64,000 nucleotides of DNA from Octopus sinensis (lineage: Eukaryota), in NCBI RefSeq assembly GCF_006345805.1, contig NC_042997.1:97464001-97528000 (forward strand), in the 5' to 3' direction. The notes under the pieces are model-generated. The model was not told where the DNA came from. It did not search any database and worked only from the letters and a program-made list of their open reading frames with translations. Positions 58,434 through 64,000 of the stretch are shown in pieces; positions within the stretch are counted from its first letter, which is position 1; the number at the start of each line of letters is the position of its first letter. Position numbers and translations under genes: made by a program.

Positions 58434-60689
58434 GTATGGATATATGTGAGAGAGAGAGAGAGAGAGATCTGAACTATGGCCCTGATCAAGAAAGCTGACC
58501 AAATTTAGGTTTCATATCAATAAATTTATTAAACTTGCTCTCCAAACAAATTTTTAGAATTTTCCAGTTTTCTCAATGCTAAGTAACCTTATTTAATATT
58601 AAATAACCTTAGCTTATGAGCAATAATTTCTTTGGTTTAAGACGCCACTGAATTAAAAATGTATTAACTTTACTGGCATGGCTACATAATTGGAATGTGT
58701 GCTTGCAAACCATTCTGAAATCAAGATGATAATGCTTAAATTAAAGAAGTTACAAATGAATGTACAAAGATAACATAATGGTGCCTAATGCTTCAATAAA
58801 CCTCAGACTAACAACATTGCTTAGTAGCTAGAATATAAGAATTTCAGTTAAAACTGCACTCATGAAGTCAAACTTATCCTAGATAACTCTATTTTTAAAA
58901 TACATTGATAAGGACAGTTTATTTCAGTACATTTAGCATTAAGGTTCATGGTTGGGTTGTAAAATTAAATCATCTGACAAAAACCATTCTTCTAAAAAAA
59001 AAAAAAACATGTAATATATATATTCTGAGACCCCCTTTGGTCACAACACAGACCATAGGATTGCACCTAGAAAGTTACCCTCCCAGGCACAAGTCCAGGC
59101 AAGGTTGTTTATGGAAGACCAGCAGTCGCCCATGCATACCGGCTTCCCCTCTCCATGCCACCAGTGTTATCCAAGAGAAAGGCAACGGCTGATACAACTT
59201 GGCACCTGTGACATCGCAGCTCATTTCTACACCTGAGTGAACTGGAGCAACGTGAAATAAAAAGTGTCTTGCTCAAGAACACAAGACAGCCTGGTCCAGG
59301 ATTTGAGCTCACAACCTCACGATCGTAAGCTTGACGCTCTAACCACTGAGCCATGCGCCTTCGCAATATATATATATGCACTCTCTTATTCTTCAAGTGG
59401 TTTCTGACAATCCACCATAGTAGATTATGATCAACTCCAGTACATTAGTGGCACTTATTTTCTTGGCCTCAGATGGATGAAAGGCAAAAATCAACTTGGA
59501 ACATAAATGTAACTAAATTTAGTAAAGTATTTTGTTTCAAGTGCTGATTCTGCCATACACAATGAAACAATATAAGTCATTTATAATGGCTAACAAAGAA
59601 TGTAGATTTCAAAATTATAGGAAATGGGATTAATAAAAGATTACAGTAAAGTTTGCATGTGTGTAACTGGCCAGTTTTAACAGCTAATGAGATCACAGGT
59701 GAAGGGCAAGGGCCTGAAGTGTTACATTATTCACTCCCCATGGAAATGGAACTTAAACTATAAACTAATGGTTGCAAACATGTACAAGCAAATTCCAGTC
59801 TTTACTTAATACTATGTGTTAGGCATCAAAGAACATCATCATTTAACATATGTTGTCCATGCTGGCATGGGTTAGATGGTTTGACCAGGGATGGTAAGCT
59901 GGAAGACTGCATCAGACTCCAGATTGATTCAGCATGGTTTTCTATGGCTGGATGCCCTTCCTAACACCAACCACTCAGAGTATAATGGGTGCTTTTACGT
60001 ACCACCAGCACAGGTGCCATTTGAACGACACCAGTATCTGCCATGACTGCTATGAGGGTTCACTCAAGTAAAATGAGAATCAAAGGGGTCCATAGGTAAA
60101 AAAAAAAAATGGTTGAGAACTACTGATGATGTTATATAGGTTCAGTCCCACTGAATAGCACCAGCACCTTATCAGAAGTGATGTTTAGTATACAGGTGGT
60201 AGTACTGTGAAGTAGAAAGCTGGTGGCAAAATGTGAGTTGAGTACACAATATAATTGCTCATCAGATGTGCTTTGTACTTTTTTGCTTAGAACAGTGCTT
60301 CTGATTTCTTTTAATTACTAGAAATTTGTTGTCTTGGAGATTGTTGCCAGTGCTGTTGGACTGGCTCATGTGCAGGTGGCACATATAAAACACCATTTGA
60401 GTGTGGCCGTCGCCAGTACCGCCTGACTGGCCCTCATGTCGGTGGCACATAAAAGCACCCACTACACTCTCGGAGTGGTTGGCGTTAAGAAGGGTATCCA
60501 GCTGTAGAAACTCTGCCAGATCAGATTGGAGCCTGGTGCAGCCATCTGGCTCGCCAGTCCTCAGTCAAACCGTCCAACTCATGCCAGCATGGAAAGCAGA
60601 TGTTAAACGATGATGTGTGTATGTATAGAAACAGATGTGGTAAGCCTTACCCAAGAATTACTTGAAATTAAACTTTGTTCTTCCTCCAT
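26276..60689 (-). CDS. ANLN: Anillin (actin-binding cytokinesis scaffold), whole gene span; 19 coding exons, about 1338 aa
   Basis: Manually spliced GT-AG exons with matching phases total 4017 nt. Motifs match anillin: [28 protein letters not shown] (Anillin_N), [27 protein letters not shown] (RBD), C2 region, and PH domain [22 protein letters not shown]...[12 protein letters not shown]. Confidence 0.96.
26558..26730 (-). CDS. ANLN: Anillin exon 18, PH domain (DPIGYIDL...CARPNTFE)
   Basis: 173 nt; ORF 26476..26748. Confidence 0.96.
27249..27758 (+). mobile_element. Complete non-autonomous Helitron (510 bp) in an anillin intron
   Basis: A|TC 5' end, cccgagcaacgccggg hairpin, CTAG|T 3' end, no TSD. 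Confidence 0.85.
27998..28179. mobile_element. hAT (Charlie-like) MITE
   Basis: TIRs CAGTGGTTCTCAAC / GTTGGGAACCACTG; 8-bp TSD ctctttag/ctctatag. Confidence 0.85.
28430..28875 (+). mobile_element. RTE-like LINE RT fragment
   Basis: VVDSFHYLG...[12 protein letters not shown]...[29 protein letters not shown]. Confidence 0.8.
29327..29434 (-). CDS. ANLN: Anillin exon 17, PH domain ([21 protein letters not shown]...YPDDE)
   Basis: 108 nt, near-identical to the anillin PH signature. Confidence 0.97.
30003..30497 (+). mobile_element. Retroposon family C with internal subrepeats and (GAT)n tail; other copies at about 9268-9555(-), 41675-41985(+), 55075-55268(+), 60330-60614(+)
   Basis: Shared ggcacgtaaaaagcacccactacactctcggagtggttggcgttaggaagggcatccagc...catgctagcatggaaagcggacgttaaa(tga)n. 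Confidence 0.8.
31071..31276. mobile_element. piggyBac-like MITE family 2; copies at about 29478-30000 (split), 36757-37229, 38786-39003, 53673-53886
   Basis: TTAACCCTTTAGC...CTAATGGGTTAA termini and shared internal sequence. Confidence 0.75.
31310..31396 (-). CDS. ANLN: Anillin exon 16 ([17 protein letters not shown]...ESGFL)
   Basis: 87 nt, catcag/gtaagt. Confidence 0.95.
31742..31958. repeat. Near-perfect foldback (arms about 88 bp), MITE-like
   Basis: tactagtgtaggagct...actgtctgatt versus aatcagacagt...agctcctacactagta. Confidence 0.85.
32377..32489 (-). CDS. ANLN: Anillin exon 15 ([15 protein letters not shown]...FTMDR)
   Basis: 113 nt; aligns with human SPGG..AVRTSNFAL...KFVLDK. Confidence 0.92.
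33446..33850 (+). mobile_element. Well-preserved SINE family A copy
   Basis: Close to the window consensus from gcgcaggagtggctgtgtgg to tgactgaaacaagtaaaaga. Confidence 0.85.
34311..34380 (-). CDS. ANLN: Anillin exon 14, polybasic loop ([23 protein letters not shown])
   Basis: 70 nt, cacag acceptor, CAG|gtaagt donor; position of the anillin polybasic/NLS segment. Confidence 0.88.
35427..35599 (-). CDS. ANLN: Anillin exon 13, C2 domain ([13 protein letters not shown]...[10 protein letters not shown])
   Basis: 173 nt, cttcag/gttagg. Confidence 0.93.
37880..38035 (-). CDS. ANLN: Anillin exon 12 ([14 protein letters not shown]...[17 protein letters not shown])
   Basis: 156 nt; anillin homology domain motif IRLPLK. 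Confidence 0.95.
38602..38740 (-). CDS. ANLN: Anillin exon 11, Rho-binding domain ([24 protein letters not shown]...HKLLLIA)
   Basis: Matches human QQTVIYQASQALNCC...ERLLLIA; 139 nt. Confidence 0.95.
39593..39719 (-). CDS. ANLN: Anillin exon 10 (TPVQKIVRN...SILERIK)
   Basis: 127 nt, aacag/gttagt, phase 2-0. Confidence 0.9.
41171..41550. repeat. 190-bp tandem duplication
   Basis: 41171-41360 repeated at 41361-41550, with about 3 mismatches by eye. Confidence 0.92.
41556..42347 (-). mobile_element. Internally deleted Tc1-like transposon with a retroposon insertion
   Basis: TIRs tacagtgtccataaagtcatggtgc / gcaccttgactttatggtcaatctgta; [21 protein letters not shown] remnant. Confidence 0.8.
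42979..43109 (-). CDS. ANLN: Anillin exon 9 ([12 protein letters not shown])
   Basis: Matches human LLYSIDAYRSQR; 131 nt; actag/gtaatg. Confidence 0.92.
44838..45336 (-). CDS. ANLN: Anillin exon 8 (acidic region, [10 protein letters not shown])
   Basis: tttacag acceptor, GCT|gttagt donor; 499 nt; overlaps ORF 44649..45254. Confidence 0.88.
45380..45810 (-). mobile_element. Nested family B SINEs
   Basis: Inner copy 45516-45749 flanked by TSD agtgaaatacc inside an older copy. Confidence 0.8.
46573..46876 (-). CDS. ANLN: Anillin exon 7 (polyproline PPPPPPPLP)
   Basis: ORF 46569..46898; cctctag/gtaagt; 304 nt, phase 1-2. Confidence 0.9.
47379..47415 (-). CDS. ANLN: Anillin exon 6, 37-nt small exon ([12 protein letters not shown])
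   Basis: ttgcag acceptor, G|gtgagt donor; needed to bridge phase 0 to phase 1. Confidence 0.8.
47840..48705. mobile_element. Mariner transposase 3' fragments in inverted arrangement
   Basis: + strand [16 protein letters not shown] at about 48430-48480; 47860-48110 is a diverged reverse complement of 48465-48690. Confidence 0.75.
49472..50783 (-). CDS. ANLN: Anillin exon 5, large Ser/Pro-rich myosin/actin-binding region
   Basis: 1312 nt open frame (ORF 49316..50737), tttag acceptor, GTG|gtgagt donor; ends with [17 protein letters not shown], like the anillin actin-binding coiled coil. Confidence 0.93.
53039..53207 (-). CDS. ANLN: Anillin exon 4 (Anillin_N motif [19 protein letters not shown])
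   Basis: 169 nt, tttag/gtgagt splice sites; matches human GRLANLAATICSWEDD. Confidence 0.93.
53486..53602 (-). CDS. ANLN: Anillin exon 3 ([10 protein letters not shown]...GVQSRRNDL)
   Basis: 117 nt, phase 1-1, aaag acceptor, gtgagt donor, open frame. Confidence 0.85.
55731..55860 (-). CDS. ANLN: Anillin exon 2 ([18 protein letters not shown]...VQDD)
   Basis: atcag acceptor, G|gtaagc donor; resembles anillin N-terminal KLLERTRARRENL...PLSE. Confidence 0.92.
56779..57062 (+). mobile_element. tRNA-derived SINE (family D) with (AAC)n tail
   Basis: tggcctagtggttagagc A-box and ggttcgaatc B-box followed by a non-tRNA body. Confidence 0.75.
59025..59362 (-). mobile_element. tRNA-derived SINE (family E); paralog at about 58030-58370
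   Basis: Minus strand gaaggcgcatggctcagtggttagagcg...; two similar copies 1 kb apart. Confidence 0.75.
60651..60689 (-). CDS. ANLN: Anillin candidate first coding exon ([13 protein letters not shown])
   Basis: Acceptor cattcag at 60701, AAAATGG start context and TGG|gtaagg donor. Phase 0 joins in frame to the next exon. No homology to the canonical MDPFT start. Confidence 0.55.
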
Positions 60690-60929
60690 TTTAATATTCA
60701 CTGAATGATATTCACTATGATAGTGAAATTAAGTCATAATGTGATCAACCGTTAATCCAACTTTTGAATAAAACAGACTATTTGTACTAAGTTCTCTGTA
60801 CCTTAAAATTTACATTATATATATATATCTATCTATATATATATATAGCAGAAAAAAAAAACAGAGTGACTCAAGGGCCTAGAGTTTCGTATTCTTTAAT
60901 CACTTGCTTCTGCTAATGATTTCACATTT

Positions 60930-61310
60930 TTGCCTCAAGGACAGCTTATGGGAGGGGATTAAGTCGATTACATCGACACCAGTACGTAACTGGTACTTAT
61001 TTAATCGACCCCGAAAGGATGAAAGACAAAGTCAACCTCGGTGGAATTTGAACTCAGAACATAGCGACGGGCGAAATACCTATTTCTTTACTACCCACAA
61101 GGGGAACACAGGGGAGACAAACAGGGACAGACAAACGGATTAAGTCGATTAGATCGACCCCGGTGCGTAACTGGTACTTAATTTATCGACCCCGAAAGGA
61201 TGAAAGACAAAGTCGACCTCAGCGGAATTTGAACTCAGAACGTAACGGCAGACGAAATACGGCTACGCATTTCGCCCGGCGTGCTAACGTTTCTGCCAGC
61301 TCGCCGCCTT
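60930..61310 (-). mobile_element. Tandem or nested family B SINEs
   Basis: Two Deu/Nin-like motifs with a junction at gaaatacc|tatttc. Confidence 0.8.
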
Positions 61311-62531
61311 CCCCCCCGACCGACTTTTGGAGAGAAACACCGGTATGTCGAATTTTTGAAAACTTCGTTAAAAAAAATAAACACTTTTAATTTGAATAAC
61401 TATTACTTTGCTACCTCCTTTCATCATTACTCATTTATACATAATTAACATGTTCTATGATTAAAAAGAAAAAGTTGAAAAATATTTAATAAAGCACATT
61501 TCAATTTTACTTATGCTACACTTAGATTCTTTTACTAATGAGACTACGTGGTCATTCGAATTGTTAGAAAGAGCAGTCAAATCCATCATACTGAGTACAC
61601 TATCTAGTGACCCCTTAAAAAAAGACGTGGTGGTCAAAACAATAATTCTTTTGTTCGTCGTCCAGAAGTTAAACTACAAATAAAATAGTTTACATTACAT
61701 ACAGAAATATTAAAAAAAAAAAAAAAAAGAACAAACAAAATATTTCAGGGTGGAGGAGAACATGACAGTTGCTTTTTCAAATGAGAGAAAACCGGTTACG
61801 TTCTAACGCCCATCCTTATTAGGTCAAAGCCGAAAAGATAAACAATTTTATCTTCACCGAGGAGGCGAGCAATAAAACGTGACCAGGATTTATCACCAAC
61901 AGACTGTTGGGGAGGGAAATTCAAATTTTAACTTGTCAACATTTGAGCAATTGTTTCCTCTAAACTAGCTAGTGTGTATTTATAGAGCTCGTTTCTTTAC
62001 TAATTAATACCAGATACTGTAAAGTAAATTCCTTATTACTAGTCTAAATACAGAGGGACAGGAAAGGTGGGAGAGAAGGTATATATAGAATAAACAATAG
62101 TGTGTGTATGTAGGTTTATGTACTAGTCTACACATTGTTGTCTACACCTCACACATGATATACAAAACGGTTACAGCCGTTTTGTTTATTTGTTGATTTT
62201 TTTTTTTTTTTTAACTGAAATAGTACAAAAACATGAAGATAAAAATAGTTCAGTCTTTTAGAAACAGGTTTTAAAATATCAGACAGAGCAGAAAAATTAA
62301 GGGATAGAATAGATTTTAAATTTTCAACCAAAGAAAAAGCGAACTTTCGGAACGGAATCGTTGTCCTACATAATGTCGGAAGTTTTTTTTCTCTGGATTT
62401 TTCCCCATTTTATAGTATCTCACATTTCAGAACATTGAAACTGGAAAAGGGATAGGGACTTTTAAAAAAAAAAAAAACGTTTAGTTTAAATTCATGTTTT
62501 TCAAACATTTTGTCATCGCCGTCGCACCCAC

Positions 62532-62960
62532 CTCATCGTGCCTTCCGAACAGCAAGCACTTGCTATTCCGAAAGTCTGCCGAGAAGACAAAAAAATGGAG
62601 TGACAGTTCACATTCATTCAATCTCGACACAGTATTCTACACCAAAGGAATGGGATAACAAAAAGCAACTGACTAGATTTCAAGTCATAAAACACAACGA
62701 GGCCTGAGTTTTGAAGAAGCTGTCCCTTGAAGACCCTTATCTCACGGGAAAGCACAAGAAGGGAAGAAGTAAAATTAGAAGGGAAAATGAAAAAATTATT
62801 TTCTGAATCGTAATTTCCGTTGTGTGAAAGCACACACACACAAGAAAAAAAGGAGAATAAAACTACTCTTTTCCCTTCTGTGAGGTATAGGACCGCCCTG
62901 ACCCCAAATGCTTCCAACAGAAAGGATTCCACTAAAAGGGATCAAAGGGTCAGGTGTGGT
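62532..62960 (-). promoter_or_regulatory. Candidate non-coding first exon and promoter of anillin
   Basis: Repeat-free, CpG-richer segment ending in a GAG|gtgggt donor at 62531/62532; the 5' limit is a guess. Confidence 0.35.
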
Positions 62961-63204
62961 TTTAAACTTGGGTGACAGCTGTTGTCATCCGCAACTATAA
63001 AAGATATAAGGAACAGAGGCAGCATTCAATAACTTGTTCGTGGTCGTTGCAGAACGTAACTTTTTATAAATAAAATCTACATTATCCTAATTGATATTAT
63101 TATGTCTGAGTTAAAAAAAAAAAATAAAAGCCCAACGTAATCCAGATCAAGTGTTCAGAAAAGAAAGCATTAAGTGTTCCAGATGATATTCTGCAGAGTT
63201 ACTT

Positions 63205-63355
63205 TTATATCATGTTGCACACCGAACTGAAGAGGAGAGCAGCACAGAAAGCAAGAGTCCCAATGGGTCTTAACTCTCCTATAACATGCCTCTACTGTAA
63301 CCGTAGATTTTGTGCTAATATTGACCTAATAAGCCACCTGAGGATCCATAAAAAA
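63205..63355 (+). mobile_element. RTE LINE 3' end zinc-finger remnant
   Basis: ELKRRAAQKAR...CLYCNRRFCANIDLISHLRIH, typical of RTE ORF C-termini. Confidence 0.6.
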
Positions 63356-64000
63356 TGGCTTAGAAAGACGTATTTTTTCTTTCTGAGTAATATAATTTTG
63401 AAGAATTCATCAAGATATTCTTAATCAGGACGAGCATATCTCTGCAAATTTTCATTTAAAATATGCAGTTTTTAAAAAAAGAGTTATGGGTAAAATAATG
63501 TCGGAGAAGAGCACTGAACTGCAATTATACCTTAACTGAATTCGTAGCAAGTGCTTTGTTATGCATTACATGTATATAAAAATGCGCCCTTCACCCCACC
63601 CCTAAGTGGTCGTTCAAACAGTTAGAAATAACAGCTAATTTTTTTTTTAACATTCGGGATTATGAGTCTTCAAAAATATGCGTAACTTTTTAAATAGTAG
63701 ATATGAAAAGTTCTGAAAAAAAAGTCGAAACTGAAAGATTACGGGAAAAAGGAGGCAGATAGTCTAAACCAACTACAGAGTCGAATTATATTTGGCAAAA
63801 TCGTAATCTACAATGCTTAAAATATACATAACCAAAGGACTTGCGATTTTTGGCGCACTATAATTCCCGACTCAACTGAAACGTCATGGGCGCTTTAGCA
63901 TAGGACAGAGCAGTCACGGTTGGGACCCCGCTGGTAGGTCTGCTCAACCAGGGCATGCATTCCTGGGGGGTAACAAGTACTGACATATTAATTGCCAAAA

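Noticed and set aside
26409-60650. Minor-spliceosome (U12) introns in anillin
   Set aside because: All 18 donors are ordinary GT; none has the GTATCCTT or ATATCCTT consensus.
63338-63349. Minus-strand ATG GAT CCT CAG|gtggct (MDPQ) as anillin exon 1
   Set aside because: Weak donor; lies inside an RTE zinc-finger remnant on the other strand; lacks the conserved FT.

Overview
AT-rich, repeat-dense animal genomic DNA. The SINE families, the (TA)n/(CAT)n/(TATG)n microsatellites and the intron style suggest an octopus or another coleoid cephalopod; this is an inference. Two spliced genes lie on the minus strand. (1) A complete anillin (ANLN) gene: 19 coding exons from 60689 to 26276, all GT-AG and phase-consistent, 4017 nt or 1338 aa by manual assembly, with Anillin_N, RBD/C2 and PH motifs. 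(2) The first four coding exons (8390-3110) of a TXNDC16/ERp90-like secreted thioredoxin-fold protein, which continues past position 1. The intergenic block (about 12.5-23 kb) holds decayed transposons: R4/Dong-like and RTE LINEs, two Gypsy pol fragments fused head-to-head, Helitron pieces, and mariner/Merlin-like MITEs. The most notable features are three minimal Penelope-type hammerhead ribozyme motifs in TXNDC16 introns, a cluster of restriction-like-endonuclease (RLE) LINE 3' ends bounded by (ATAC)n, a piggyBac-like MITE carrying a copy of the neighbouring anillin exon-intron junction, and SINE self-insertions at a shared AAATACC site. I found no clearly new multi-gene system. All alignments were made by eye.
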